From: Candidatus Rariloculaceae bacterium
GTDB taxonomy: Bacteria; Pseudomonadota; Gammaproteobacteria; Steroidobacterales; Rariloculaceae
Length of the DNA: 64,000 bases
NCBI GenBank assembly: GCA_045561025.1
Contig: JBJKYM010000014.1
Location: forward strand, 2,030 to 66,029
Direction of reading: 5' to 3'
The notes under the pieces were generated by a model. That model made no database searches. It had not been told where the DNA came from and saw nothing but the letters and a program-made list of their open reading frames with translations. Below, one piece after another: positions 1 to 9,709 of the stretch. How positions within the stretch are numbered: position 1 is the first letter of the stretch; each line of letters opens with the position of its first letter. The position numbers and the translations under genes were made by a program.

Positions 1-555
1 GACAGCGTGATCGATCTCTATTCCGAGACGCCCGCGGCGCCGCGAATTATCTCCCCGCAGAACGCTTTTCTCATCAACGACATGATGCGCGATGTCGTAC
101 GTCGCGGTACCGGTGCGGCGGCCTATCGGGCGCTGCGACGAGAGGACCTGGCCGGTAAGACCGGGACGACGAACGATCGGCGCGATGCTTGGTTCGCGGG
201 CTTCAACGGCGATCTGGTTGCGGCGGCCTGGGTGGGCTTCGATCAGGAGCGATCACTGGGTCGTTACGAGCAGGGTGCCGCAACGGCGTTACCGATCTGG
301 ATCGATTTTATGCGGGATGCAATGGATGGCGTCGACCACCACACGATGGAGCAGCCGCCTGGAATCGTCGATGTGCGAATCAACCCGGACTCGGGTCTCG
401 TCGCTGCGACGAACGCCGGCAGTGTCTTCGAGAAGTTTCGCGTCGACCATATACCGGATCGCGAGCAACCGGTCATCGAGCGCAATCCCGACATTTTTCT
501 CGGCGACAGCGATCCCGTCAGGGATCGCGCGCAGGGGCAGGAGCCGCTGTTCTAG
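1..555 (+). CDS. mrcA: Penicillin-binding protein 1A, C-terminal part (5' end outside window)
   Basis: The frame is open from base 1. The translation carries the class A PBP transpeptidase C-terminal signature GKTGTTNDRRDAWFAGF followed by a variable tail. Confidence 0.85.
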   Translation, partial: DSVIDLYSETPAAPRIISPQNAFLINDMMRDVVRRGTGAAAYRALRREDLAGKTGTTNDRRDAWFAGFNGDLVAAAWVGFDQERSLGRYEQGAATALPIWIDFMRDAMDGVDHHTMEQPPGIVDVRINPDSGLVAATNAGSVFEKFRVDHIPDREQPVIERNPDIFLGDSDPVRDRAQGQEPLF

Positions 556-622
556 GAGCCTGAAAGCGACCTGAGTTTTGTTAACGATCAGCCTTTCATT
601 CCGGAGTACGAGCGAGTGACGC

Positions 623-1249
623 ATGGCGAGTAAGCGCGGATCCGGAGGCGAGGTGCTGCGTGAACAGCTGGGGCAGGAGGCAGCGCGACTGATCGTCGAC
701 CACGGCATGCACGACTACGGTCAGGCGAAGCGCAAGGCGGCTCAACGGTTCGGTGTCCGTTCGTCCGGCGCGTTGCCCAGCAATTCAGAAATAGAGTCGA
801 GCGTCATTGAGAGACAGCGGATCTTTGACCCGGATCTCCTCTCCATACGGCTGACGGCGATGCGCGGGCTTGCGGCTGACATTATGGCGTTGCTGATCGA
901 GTTTGAGCCGCGGCTGGTCGGGCCGGTTCTTGCAGGTACGGTCACGGAGAGCTCGCCACTCGAGTTACACGTATTTACGGACTCGCCTGAAGATGTTCTT
1001 TTCGAACTCAGCGCGCAGGGAATAGACGGCCGCGATTGTCAGAGGCGCTACCGGGTGAACGGACAGGGCGCGACCAACACGCCGGGATTTCGCTTCACTC
1101 GGGAGGGTGAACGCGTCTACGTCATCACGTTTCCGGAGAAAGGCCTGCGCCAGCCACCGCTAAGCCCGGTAGACCGGCGTCCGATGAAACGTGCCGCTCG
1201 CCACCGGGTGCTCGCGTTACTCGAGCAGGAGTCGACTAGCGATCGCTGA
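623..1249 (+). CDS. Conserved hypothetical protein (possible degenerate minimal nucleotidyltransferase fold)
   Basis: 208-aa ORF in a coding-like frame. The segment [21 protein letters not shown] resembles the GSxxxGxxxxxSDxDLxV nucleotidyltransferase motif, but the acidic residues are replaced. No firm family assignment. Confidence 0.5.
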   Translation: MASKRGSGGEVLREQLGQEAARLIVDHGMHDYGQAKRKAAQRFGVRSSGALPSNSEIESSVIERQRIFDPDLLSIRLTAMRGLAADIMALLIEFEPRLVGPVLAGTVTESSPLELHVFTDSPEDVLFELSAQGIDGRDCQRRYRVNGQGATNTPGFRFTREGERVYVITFPEKGLRQPPLSPVDRRPMKRAARHRVLALLEQESTSDR

Positions 1250-2544
1250 GCGCGACATAGTCTCGCTCAGCAGGACCGGTATAGAGCTGCCTCGGTCGGC
1301 CGATACGTGACGTCGGGTCGGCGACCATCTCGCGCCAGTGCGTCACCCAGCCCACGGATCGTGCAATAGCAAACATGACCGTGAACATCGACTTCGGAAT
1401 ACCCAGCGCCTGGTAGATGATCCCGGAGTAGAAATCGACGTTCGGATAGAGATTCTTCTCGACGAAGTATTCGTCCTTGAGTGCAATTTCTTCCAGTCTG
1501 AGCGCCTGCTCGAACATCGGGTTGTCCCCCCCCCCCCCCCTGCTGTCCCAGTCCCTCCAGTACGCGATGGCACATCTTACGGATGATCGTTGCGCGCGGG
1601 TCGTAGCTCTTATAAACACGATGACCGAAGCCCATCAGTCGGAACGGGTCATCCTTGTCCTTCGCTTTCGCGACGAACTCATTGATCCGCTCAACGCTGC
1701 CAATCTGCTCAAGCATATTAATTACGGCTTCGTTTGCACCGCCGTGAGCAGGACCCCATAGGGCCGAAATTCCCGCAGCAATCGCGGAATACGGGCTCGT
1801 GCCGGAGCTACCGGCCATTCGTACGGTCGACGTGCTGCAGTTCTGCTCGTGATCAGCGTGGAGGATAAAGAGTAGATCCAGAGCTTCGGCTGCTACCGGA
1901 TCGATCTCGTATTCATCGGCGGGAACCGCAAAGAACATGCTCAGGATGTTGCTGCAATAATCCAGATCGTTTTTCGGGTAGACAAACGGCTGCCCCAGCG
2001 TGTGCTTGTACGCTGCGGCTGCAATCGTTGGAATCTTCGCGATGATCCGGTGTGCGAGAATATCCCGATGTACGGGATCATAGATGTCTGTCGTGTCGTG
2101 GTAGAAGGCAGATAGCGAGGCCATGACGCCCGACACCATCGCCATCGGATGCGCGTCATTCTGAAAACCGTTGAAGAAACGGAGCAACGACTCGTTAATC
2201 ATCGTGTGCATCCGAATCGATTCTTCGAACTCGTTTAGCGCTTTCTTCGACGGCAGCTCTCCGTGAAGCAGGAGAGAACAGACTTCCAGGTAGCTCGAGT
2301 GCTCCGCCAGCTGTTCTATCGGGTAGCCGCGGTACATCAGTACGCCTTTATTGCCGTCGATGTAGGTGACGTCGCTGGTACAGCACGCCGTGGCGCCGAA
2401 ACCGGGGTCGTAGGTAAATACGTCCTGTTGCGCGTACAGCTTGGTGATGTCGAGGACGCTTGGTCCGATCGTTGGGTCGTATCGCGGAAGCTTTACTTCA
2501 GCGCCGGATTCAGAGTCGGTTAGAGTGTAGTAGTTCTCGGTCAT
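1236..2544 (-). pseudogene. gltA: Type II citrate synthase interrupted by a +1 frameshift in a homopolymer
   Basis: ORF 1267..2544 gives the N-terminal ~340 aa of citrate synthase ([28 protein letters not shown]). ORF 1236..1619 gives the C-terminus ([37 protein letters not shown]). The frames switch inside the C15 run at 1526-1540. The total length of 1309 nt is not a multiple of 3. Confidence 0.9.
1526..1540. repeat. Homopolymer tract, 15 x C on plus strand (G15 on the gltA coding strand)
   Basis: Counted directly: gttgt-ccccccccccccccc-tgctg. It encodes a Gly run (QQ-GGGG(G)-DNP) at the frame switch. Confidence 0.99.
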
Positions 2545-2742
2545 AGGCTGCCCGTGGCTCCTCCTTAATTATTATTGCCGCCCGAATCGGGGGTATCGGC
2601 TCAGGGCCGTTCTGCCACATTTCTCCGGCGCATTGACGCACCGGTGGGACACAAAGATCCCTATTATAGCAGTCCGAGAGTGGTGTTAGGGCGCGGGCGC
2701 CTTTTCGCAGGCGTGAGCCAGCGTTTCTGCGGACTGGGCAGC

Positions 2743-2946
2743 CTAGCCGCGGCCGTAGCGTTTGCGGAATTTGTCCACGCGACCGCCGCTATCGACGATC
2801 TTCTGCTTGCCGGTATAGAACGGATGGCAGTTCGAGCAAACTTCCACATTCAGATCGCCGGACAGAGTCGAACGGGTCGTAAACTCGTTCCCGCAGCTGC
2901 AGGTGACCTTGGTGTCGCTGTAGTCTGGGTGGATTTCAGGTTTCAT
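2743..2946 (-). CDS. rpmE: 50S ribosomal protein L31 (zinc-binding type)
   Basis: 67 aa, MKPEIHPDY...CSCGNEF...[13 protein letters not shown]. This is the classic L31 sequence with the CxxC/CxxC-like zinc ligands. Confidence 0.95.
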   Translation of the reverse strand: MKPEIHPDYSDTKVTCSCGNEFTTRSTLSGDLNVEVCSNCHPFYTGKQKIVDSGGRVDKFRKRYGRG

Positions 2947-3079
2947 GGCTGATCAGGGCGATTCGAGGGCGCGTGAGCATACTGCCGGAACCCCTGAAAA
3001 ACAAGGCCGGAGCGGCAGCCGCCGAGAATTCGGTCGCGTTCCCGGAGCTAAGATCAGGAAGGAGCAAGAAAAACAGGAT

Positions 3080-3114
3080 TTATCCACAATAGCTGTGGAC
3101 AACTCTGTGGAGAA
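3080..3114. promoter_or_regulatory. Cluster of three closely spaced DnaA boxes (one forward, two reverse)
   Basis: TTATCCACA (3080-3088, perfect consensus), then 5 nt, TGTGGACAA (3094-3102, the reverse complement of TTGTCCACA), then 3 nt, TGTGGAGAA (3106-3114, the reverse complement of TTCTCCACA). The cluster lies about 135-170 bp upstream of the rpmE start. Confidence 0.5.
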
Positions 3115-3316
3115 AGCCCGGAGTCCGGACGAGAAGCGGCGCAGCTTAGTCATTTCTCTTAAATTGACCAAAAAACGATCATAGTAGAGAAAGTGCTGTA
3201 TATCAGTGCTTTACAGATGTTTACTCAGTGGCGCTGACAGCAGTCGCGTCTAAAGCACTTGTTCGCAGGAGAGACTTCCCGAGATGTGCATAAAATCGCT
3301 TATTCCTGCGGGTTGA

Positions 3317-3934
3317 TTAGCGGTCGTCGCGCTGCTTGTTCAGCGCGATCAGCAGTTCCGCGAGCGCCTGGCCGCGATGGCTGATCCGATTCTTGGCGTC
3401 TGCGGCGAGCTGCGCGGCCGTCGCATCGAGACCGGGGACGAAGAAGACCGGGTCGTAGCCGAAGCCACCCTCTCCCGCCGGCGCCCGCGATATTCTCCCC
3501 CGCCATAGACCATGGCTGATAATCGGGGCGGGATCGTCAGCAGCCCGCATCGCGACGATCAGGCAGTGAAAGCATGCGCCGCGTTCCGGGTCAGGCGTCG
3601 TGGCGAGCGCCTTCAGCAGCTTGTCTACGTTGGCCTGGTCACTGGCCTCAACGCCGGCAAAGCGTGCCGAATGGACGCCTGGCGCGCCACCGAGTGCGTC
3701 GACGGCTATCCCTGAGTCGTCCGCTATCGCCGGGAGCCCGCTCATGCGCGACGCGTGCCGGGCCTTCAGCAGCGCGTTCTCGATGAAGGTCGTGCCGGTC
3801 TCTTCAGCGCCGACGATGCCGAGCTCTGCCTGCGGGACGATCTCGATATCAGAATCGCCAAGAAGGGCCTGGATCTCGGCGACTTTACCGCGGTTGCCGC
3901 TGGCGAGAACCCATCGGCTACTGACGGCTGTCAC
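3317..3934 (-). CDS. rdgB: dITP/XTP pyrophosphatase (RdgB/HAM1 family)
   Basis: [13 protein letters not shown]...[11 protein letters not shown]...ADDSG...GAPGVHSAR...GFGYDPVF...ISHRG. A GTG start at 3934 overlaps the rph stop (GTGA). The longer 328-aa ORF upstream of it has no homologous content. Confidence 0.9.
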   Translation of the reverse strand: MTAVSSRWVLASGNRGKVAEIQALLGDSDIEIVPQAELGIVGAEETGTTFIENALLKARHASRMSGLPAIADDSGIAVDALGGAPGVHSARFAGVEASDQANVDKLLKALATTPDPERGACFHCLIVAMRAADDPAPIISHGLWRGRISRAPAGEGGFGYDPVFFVPGLDATAAQLAADAKNRISHRGQALAELLIALNKQRDDR

Positions 3935-4647
3935 TGCGCGAGAACCGCTCGCTGCGCCTCCAGGAGTTCCTCGATGCCCATGGTCGCGAGATCCAGCAGA
4001 CGGTCCAGTTCCCCGCGTTGAAACGCATGACCCTCGGCGGTGCCCTGAACTTCGATAAGACCGCCCGCTTCGTTCATGACAATGTTCATATCGGTTTCGG
4101 CTTCGGCGTCCTCTGCGTAGTCGAGGTCCAGAACGGGGGTGCCGTCGTAGATACCGACAGAGACTGCAGCAACCTGGCCGTGGATCGGCGATTGATTCAG
4201 GTCGCCGGCGATAATAAGGCGCTGAATGGCCAGCGCAAGCGCGACGTAGCCGCCCGTGATCGATGCCGTGCGCGTGCCGCCGTCTGCCTGCAGGACGTCG
4301 CAATCGACGGTAATCGTTCGTTCGCCGAGCGCGTGCCGATCAACAACGGCGCGCAGGCTACGGCCGATCAGTCGCTGAATCTCCATGGTTCGGCCGCTCT
4401 GCTTGCCGCGAGCCGCTTCGCGAGCGTTTCTTGTATGCGTGGCGCGCGGCAGCATGCCGTATTCGGCGGTAATCCAGCCTTCGGACTTTCCTTTGAGAAA
4501 ATGCGGGACTCGGGGCTCGACGGACGCGGTAGCGAGGACGCGAGTCTCGCCGAACTCGACTAGCACGGAACCCTCCGCGTGTAACGTGAACTCCGGGGTA
4601 AAACGAATCGAGCGCATCTGTTCGACGCTACGGCCGCTGGGGCGCAA
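3931..4647 (-). CDS. rph: Ribonuclease PH
   Basis: 238 aa, MRPSGR...RxIRFT...[13 protein letters not shown]...[14 protein letters not shown]...[18 protein letters not shown]. Confidence 0.95.
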   Translation of the reverse strand: MRPSGRSVEQMRSIRFTPEFTLHAEGSVLVEFGETRVLATASVEPRVPHFLKGKSEGWITAEYGMLPRATHTRNAREAARGKQSGRTMEIQRLIGRSLRAVVDRHALGERTITVDCDVLQADGGTRTASITGGYVALALAIQRLIIAGDLNQSPIHGQVAAVSVGIYDGTPVLDLDYAEDAEAETDMNIVMNEAGGLIEVQGTAEGHAFQRGELDRLLDLATMGIEELLEAQRAVLAQ

Positions 4648-4711
4648 ATTGATCTCCTGATTCAGTCAGCTTCGCTGGCGAAGTCTTGTTATGGACGCCG
4701 TCGGCAGGTTT

Positions 4712-5455
4712 TTAGCCTATCCATCGTAGCGCGGCGGCGCTGGTATTGTCACTGTGAGGCGCGTTGTTCGCGACGGCTGTATCGCTCAGCTTGCGAAGCA
4801 CGTCCTCGGGCGAGACTGACGAATCCCCGACGACCTGGCCGATCTGCGCATCCTCAACACCGGACCACAATCCATCGGTACAGGCGAGCAGGAAATCGCC
4901 CGGCATGAGATCTTTTTTGGAGGTGATACTCATATTGGGTAACGCGTCGTCACCGCCGAGACAGCACTCAACGAAGTTACGCATCGGATGTTCGGCAATC
5001 TCAGCTTCGCTTATCAGGCCCTGACGCAGCAGCAGCTCGACATGGCTGTGGTCGCGAGTACGCTCGAATATGCTGTCGCCGCGAATCTGATAAATACGGC
5101 TGTCGCCAACATGTGCCCAGTAGGCGCCAGACTCCTGTATCAGGCACACCGCGCAGGTTGCGCGGGGTTTCTCGTCCAGCACCAGGCCGTCGCCGAGCGC
5201 GACAACTGCGTCATGCGCTCTGGCAAGTGAGAGCGTCAGGAAGCCCTGCGGATCGAATATAGGTTGCTCTACGGCCGTGAACGCAGCCTCGAGTACTTCC
5301 AGCGTAACCTCGGCGGCGCGAGCGCCGTCGGAGTGACCACCCATTCCGTCGACCGCAGCCAGCATCAGGCAATCCTCCGCGCGGAAGATCGCAACGCGAT
5401 CCTGGTTTTCCTGGCGATTACCCAGGAGGCTTAGCTGCGCTGATTCGAAATTCAC
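4712..5455 (-). CDS. PP2C-family Ser/Thr protein phosphatase
   Basis: 247 aa with RQENQD, AVDGMGGH, GDSRIY and LLACTDGLW motifs typical of bacterial PPM phosphatases. Confidence 0.8.
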   Translation of the reverse strand: MNFESAQLSLLGNRQENQDRVAIFRAEDCLMLAAVDGMGGHSDGARAAEVTLEVLEAAFTAVEQPIFDPQGFLTLSLARAHDAVVALGDGLVLDEKPRATCAVCLIQESGAYWAHVGDSRIYQIRGDSIFERTRDHSHVELLLRQGLISEAEIAEHPMRNFVECCLGGDDALPNMSITSKKDLMPGDFLLACTDGLWSGVEDAQIGQVVGDSSVSPEDVLRKLSDTAVANNAPHSDNTSAAALRWIG

Positions 5456-5539
5456 TGACTAAAGACTCGTGCCACAGATGCTCATATCTTAGACTTAAAC
5501 CCTCAATACTGTCCGGGACCCCATTCACGAACCAACACA

Positions 5540-6406
5540 ATGGCTAACAGCATGACAGGCTTCGCCACCGAGGAAACCGTCGTCGAGCCCCACAGGCTCG
5601 TCTGGGAGGTGCGCAGCGTAAACCATCGGTTTCTCGATATCAGCCTGCGTCTGCCGGATGAGATGCGCGCATTCGAGCCTCGTTGCCGCGAGATGATCGG
5701 CGCGGCGCTCGGTCGCGGAAAGGTGGACTGCACACTCCGAGTCTCGTCGGTAGAGCAGGAACCCGGAGCGGCTGCGTTACAGCAATCTGTACTGGAATCT
5801 CTGCGAGAGCTCGAGCGCGAGACACAGCAGAAATTTTCCGATGCGAGACAGTTGTCCGTCAGCGAGATCCTGCGTTGGCCGGGCGTACTCAAGGACGCGC
5901 TTCCCGAACTGACAGCGCTATCGGAACCACTGGCGTCAGGTTTTGCCCGGGCGCTGGCTGCACTCAGCGAGGCACGGCAGCGTGAGGGTCATCGCCTCAG
6001 CGAGATGCTCCTGGAGCGCTGCGACGCCATCGAGAAAATTGTCGCGGATCTTAGCCCGCGATTGCCCGAGGCACAGCAGCGTTACCGTGAGAAGCTGCTG
6101 GCTCGATTGGAACGGCTCGATGTCGAGGCCGACCCGACCCGGCTCGAACAGGAGCTCGCCCTGCTCGCGCAGCGTCTCGATGTCAGCGAGGAACTGGATC
6201 GCCTCGGCAGTCATGTCAGCGAAGTGCGTGATGTGCTCGGCCGGAACGAGCCCATCGGCAGACGACTCGATTTTCTTATGCAGGAACTCAACCGTGAGGC
6301 CAATACCTTATCGTCGAAATCGCAGGACGAGGTTTTGACCAAAGCCGGCGTAGAGCTGAAGGTCCTCGTCGAGCAGATGCGCGAGCAGGTTCAGAATCTG
6401 GAGTAA
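5540..6406 (+). CDS. yicC: YicC-family stress-induced protein / endoribonuclease
   Basis: 288 aa. N-terminal MTGFA...W(E)xRSVNHRFLD and C-terminal GRRLDFLxQELNREANTLSSKS are hallmark YicC N- and C-terminal domains. It lies next to gmk, as in many gammaproteobacteria. Confidence 0.85.
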   Translation: MANSMTGFATEETVVEPHRLVWEVRSVNHRFLDISLRLPDEMRAFEPRCREMIGAALGRGKVDCTLRVSSVEQEPGAAALQQSVLESLRELERETQQKFSDARQLSVSEILRWPGVLKDALPELTALSEPLASGFARALAALSEARQREGHRLSEMLLERCDAIEKIVADLSPRLPEAQQRYREKLLARLERLDVEADPTRLEQELALLAQRLDVSEELDRLGSHVSEVRDVLGRNEPIGRRLDFLMQELNREANTLSSKSQDEVLTKAGVELKVLVEQMREQVQNLE

Positions 6407-6409
6407 GTT

Positions 6410-7036
6410 GTGGCCGAATCGGGTCGTCTCATCGTTCTGGCAGCACCCTCGGGTGCCGGCAAGACGACGCTTGTACACAAACTGCTGGAGCGCGACCTCG
6501 ATCTCGCGTTCTCGATCTCCTACACGACGCGGCCGCAGAGGCCTACCGAGGAAGACGGCAAGGATTACTTCTTTGTCGAGGATTCTGAATTCGCGGCGAT
6601 GCGCGAGCGCGGCGAGTTTCTTGAGTACGCTGAAGTATTCGGAAACTGGTACGGAACGAGCGAGCGCTACGTTGAATCGTTGCTCGACGCCGGACACTCG
6701 GTGCTGCTCGAGATCGACTGGCAGGGCGCCGAGCAGATTCGCGAGCGTCGAGCCGATGCGCTCTCCGTATTTATTCTTCCCCCAGGTCGAGCCGAACTGG
6801 AGCGTCGTCTGCGAGGACGCAAAACGGATTCGGACGAAGTCATCGCCGGCCGGCTGAACCAGGCTCTGAGCGATATGGCGCATTGGAGAGACTTCGGCTT
6901 TGTCGTAATCAATGACGACGTCGAGGTCGCCGCCGACGAACTGGCCGGTATCGTTTCCGGCAAGGGGGGCGATAACCGCACGGACAACGAGTCCAACGGT
7001 CGCCGCGTGGCGGAACTTCTGGGTAGCAGCGGCTAG
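6410..7036 (+). CDS. gmk: Guanylate kinase
   Basis: GTG start. P-loop APSGAGKTTL, then SxTTRxxRxxExxGxDYxF and WQGA motifs. Confidence 0.95.
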   Translation: MAESGRLIVLAAPSGAGKTTLVHKLLERDLDLAFSISYTTRPQRPTEEDGKDYFFVEDSEFAAMRERGEFLEYAEVFGNWYGTSERYVESLLDAGHSVLLEIDWQGAEQIRERRADALSVFILPPGRAELERRLRGRKTDSDEVIAGRLNQALSDMAHWRDFGFVVINDDVEVAADELAGIVSGKGGDNRTDNESNGRRVAELLGSSG

Positions 7037-7186
7037 AAGGCGCGGTCCGGTCGCCATGCTGTGTGCCCGGCCCCGTGCGTTGGGCGGCGTGCCGCGGCCA
7101 GCAGCTTTTTCCGTGAGTACCGATATGGCTACTCTGGGGGCTCATGAAGTACACTGGCTCAAAGAGATATCCAAGGAGGGTGCGTA

Positions 7187-7480
7187 ATGGCCCGGATCAC
7201 AGTCGAAGACTGCAGCAAAAAAATACCGAATATGTTCCAGCTCGTGCTAGTCGCGTCGAAGCGTGCGCGGCAATTGGCGAACGGCGCAGAGCCGATGGTC
7301 GACTGGGAAAATGACAAGCCGACTGTTGTGGCATTGCGCGAGGTCGCCGAGGGCTACATCACCGAGAGCATATTGACGGAGCGCGAACAGCCGATGGAAG
7401 ATCTTCTCGATTTCGATTCGAAGCCCCCGGTCATCCCGGAAGATCTGTTGGCGATACGTCCGATTTCGATCGGCGACTGA
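7187..7480 (+). CDS. rpoZ: DNA-directed RNA polymerase subunit omega
   Basis: MARITVEDC...[16 protein letters not shown]. gmk-rpoZ-spoT synteny. Confidence 0.95.
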   Translation: MARITVEDCSKKIPNMFQLVLVASKRARQLANGAEPMVDWENDKPTVVALREVAEGYITESILTEREQPMEDLLDFDSKPPVIPEDLLAIRPISIGD

Positions 7481-7536
7481 CCAGGAAGTTCTTATCGGCC
7501 CCCGCGTCTGAACCAGTCTGACGCAGTGAGTTCACC

Positions 7537-9690
7537 ATGGACTACGGTGCTGCCATTCGCGATCGCCTACCTGCCGTCTGGCGGGGCGACGAGTTTGAGC
7601 CGCTGCTCACGGAACTCGAAACCTACCTGAGCGAGGAAGACGTTAGCGGTATCCTCGCCGCACACGAGTTCAGCGCAAAGGCTCACGAGGGCCAGGAGCG
7701 CATTAGCGGTGAACCCTACATCACCCACCCTGTGGCTGTAGCGAAAATTCTCGCGGGCCTGCATCTTGATGCGGGATCGATCAAGGCTGCGCTGTTGCAC
7801 GATGTGATCGAGGATACCGGGTCTACGCTCCGTGATATCGAAAAGGAGTTCGGCCGTGGGGTGGCACTACTCGTAAACGGTGTCAGCAAGCTCGACAAAC
7901 TTTACTTTGACAGTGCCGCAGAAGCGCAGGCCGAGAGCTTCCGCAAGATGCTGCTGGCGATGGTCAAGGATCTGCGCGTCATACTCGTCAAGCTCGCGGA
8001 TCGTACTCACAACATGCGAACGATTGATGCACTCGAGTCGTCGAAAAAGCGTCGCATCGCAAAGGAAACGCTTGAGATCTACGCGCCGATAGCGAACCGG
8101 CTGGGTATCTACAGTCTGAAAATCGAGCTCGAGGACCTTGCGTTCAAAGCTTACTACCCGTTCCGCTACAGAGTTTTGGAACGCGCGGTGAGAAAGGCGA
8201 GCGGCAGCCAGAAGCAGTTCCTGCGCAAGATCAGCAACAACCTGCGTAAGAATCTTTCGGCACAGGGCCTCACCGGCGAACTCATTACAAGAGAAAAGAA
8301 TATCTACGGGATCTACTCGAAGATGCGCAGAAAGCATCTTCATCTGGCAGATATCGTCGATGTCTTCGGTCTGCGAATTATCGTCTCGGATATCGATAGC
8401 TGTTACCGGGTTCTCGGACTTTGCCACCAGCTTTACAAGCCGATGCCGGGTCGTTTCAAGGACTATATTTCGATTCCACGCGTTAACGGTTATCAGTCGT
8501 TGCACACAACGCTGTTCGGTCCCGGCGGAACTCCGCTCGAAGTGCAGATCCGGACGAGCGAGATGAACCAGGTTGCCGAGCGTGGAATTGCGGCGCATTG
8601 GCAATACAAGGCCGTCGACAAGAATACCTACGACGCCGAAGCACGCGCCCGAGAGTGGCTGACCGGTTTGATGGAAATGCAAAAGTCGGCCAACTCGGAG
8701 GAGTTTCTCGAGACCGTCAAGGTCGATCTGTTTCCCGACAAGGTTTACGTCTTCACTCCGAAGGGCGACATCATGCGTCTCCCACGCGGAGCAACGGTTG
8801 TGGATTTCGCCTATGCGGTTCATACCGATGTAGGCAATCGCTGTGTCGCCGCCAAGATCGACCGGCGTCTCGTGCCGCTGAAGACGACGCTGAAAAACGG
8901 GATTTCCGTCGAAGTTCTGACAGCCCGCGGTGCGAAGCCGAATCCGACCTGGGTGAATTTTGTAACGACAGCGAAAGCGCGTAACGCGATCAGAGCCTAT
9001 CTGAAGGGTCTGAGACAGGATGAGGCCCGGGAACTCGGTCGGCGTCTGCTCAGTCAGGCGCTGCGACCATACTCATTAAATCTGCGGCGCCTGCGAAAAG
9101 CGCAGATCGTGCCGTTTCTGCAGGAACTGAACGTCGAGGATATGGACGAGATCTACCAGCAGATAGGCTTGGGCGAACGCCTGGCTCCGGTACTCGCCGG
9201 AATGCTGGCACAGACCGAGTTGTCGGTTGACGGCGAGGGTGCGGATCAGCGCAAACCGCTGGATATAGCGGGGTCCGAGAGACTGGTGGTGAACTATGCT
9301 CACTGCTGCAATCCGATTCCCGGAGATGAGATCATGGGCTTCATGTCGACCGGTCGCGGGATCGTCATTCATCGCACAGGCTGTCGCAATGTAGTCGAAG
9401 ATACGAAGAACCCGACGAAATGGATTCCCGTCGACTGGCAGCGCGGGATCAAGGGCGAATATCAAACCGAAATCTATGTAAGAACGCTCGATCGCGTTGG
9501 ATTGCTGGCCGAGGTCGCGGGGCGAATTTCGGCGACACAAAGCAACATCGATACTGTAAACGTTGAAGCGGACGGCGACGCGGCGACGCTGGCATTCCGG
9601 TTGAACGTCCGTGATCGTAGGCATCTCGCACAGGTAATTCGAAGTATTCGCGCTAATCCCGGCGTCGTCAGGGTTAGCCGAACCGCATGA
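7537..9690 (+). CDS. spoT: Bifunctional (p)ppGpp synthetase/hydrolase
   Basis: 717 aa. HD hydrolase motifs (HPVAVA, LLHDVIEDT), synthetase domain (YxSLHT), and TGS and ACT-like C-terminal domains. Confidence 0.9.
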   Translation: MDYGAAIRDRLPAVWRGDEFEPLLTELETYLSEEDVSGILAAHEFSAKAHEGQERISGEPYITHPVAVAKILAGLHLDAGSIKAALLHDVIEDTGSTLRDIEKEFGRGVALLVNGVSKLDKLYFDSAAEAQAESFRKMLLAMVKDLRVILVKLADRTHNMRTIDALESSKKRRIAKETLEIYAPIANRLGIYSLKIELEDLAFKAYYPFRYRVLERAVRKASGSQKQFLRKISNNLRKNLSAQGLTGELITREKNIYGIYSKMRRKHLHLADIVDVFGLRIIVSDIDSCYRVLGLCHQLYKPMPGRFKDYISIPRVNGYQSLHTTLFGPGGTPLEVQIRTSEMNQVAERGIAAHWQYKAVDKNTYDAEARAREWLTGLMEMQKSANSEEFLETVKVDLFPDKVYVFTPKGDIMRLPRGATVVDFAYAVHTDVGNRCVAAKIDRRLVPLKTTLKNGISVEVLTARGAKPNPTWVNFVTTAKARNAIRAYLKGLRQDEARELGRRLLSQALRPYSLNLRRLRKAQIVPFLQELNVEDMDEIYQQIGLGERLAPVLAGMLAQTELSVDGEGADQRKPLDIAGSERLVVNYAHCCNPIPGDEIMGFMSTGRGIVIHRTGCRNVVEDTKNPTKWIPVDWQRGIKGEYQTEIYVRTLDRVGLLAEVAGRISATQSNIDTVNVEADGDAATLAFRLNVRDRRHLAQVIRSIRANPGVVRVSRTA

Positions 9691-9709
9691 TGACCGGACA
9701 GAATAGACC

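Noticed and set aside
3196-3216. CTGT...ACAG element (CTGTATATCAGTGCTTTACAG) that looked like a LexA SOS box in the rpmE-rdgB spacer.
   Set aside because: The spacing between CTGT and ACAG is 13 nt instead of 8, so it does not fit the gammaproteobacterial CTGT-N8-ACAG consensus. No SOS gene is adjacent.
3935-4303. N-terminal 120-aa Arg/Gly/Ser-rich extension of the rdgB ORF (328-aa ORF 3317..4303).
   Set aside because: It lies entirely antisense-frame inside rph and has low-complexity, GC-driven composition with no homologous content. The RdgB homology starts at GTG 3934, which overlaps the rph stop.
6308-7057. 249-aa ORF antisense to gmk. Similar long antisense or alternative-frame ORFs are 7867..8823 and 9076..9711 (opposite spoT), 16393..17052 (opposite ctaA), 19010..19729 (opposite uvrD), 37423..38106 (opposite coxB), 46500..47291 (opposite the aminotransferase), 55670..56263 and 61214..61852 (opposite arg genes).
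   Set aside because: These are typical stop-codon-poor shadow frames of GC-rich coding DNA. In every case the opposite strand or another frame encodes a protein with unmistakable conserved motifs, and the shadow translations are Arg/Pro/Ser-rich without motifs.
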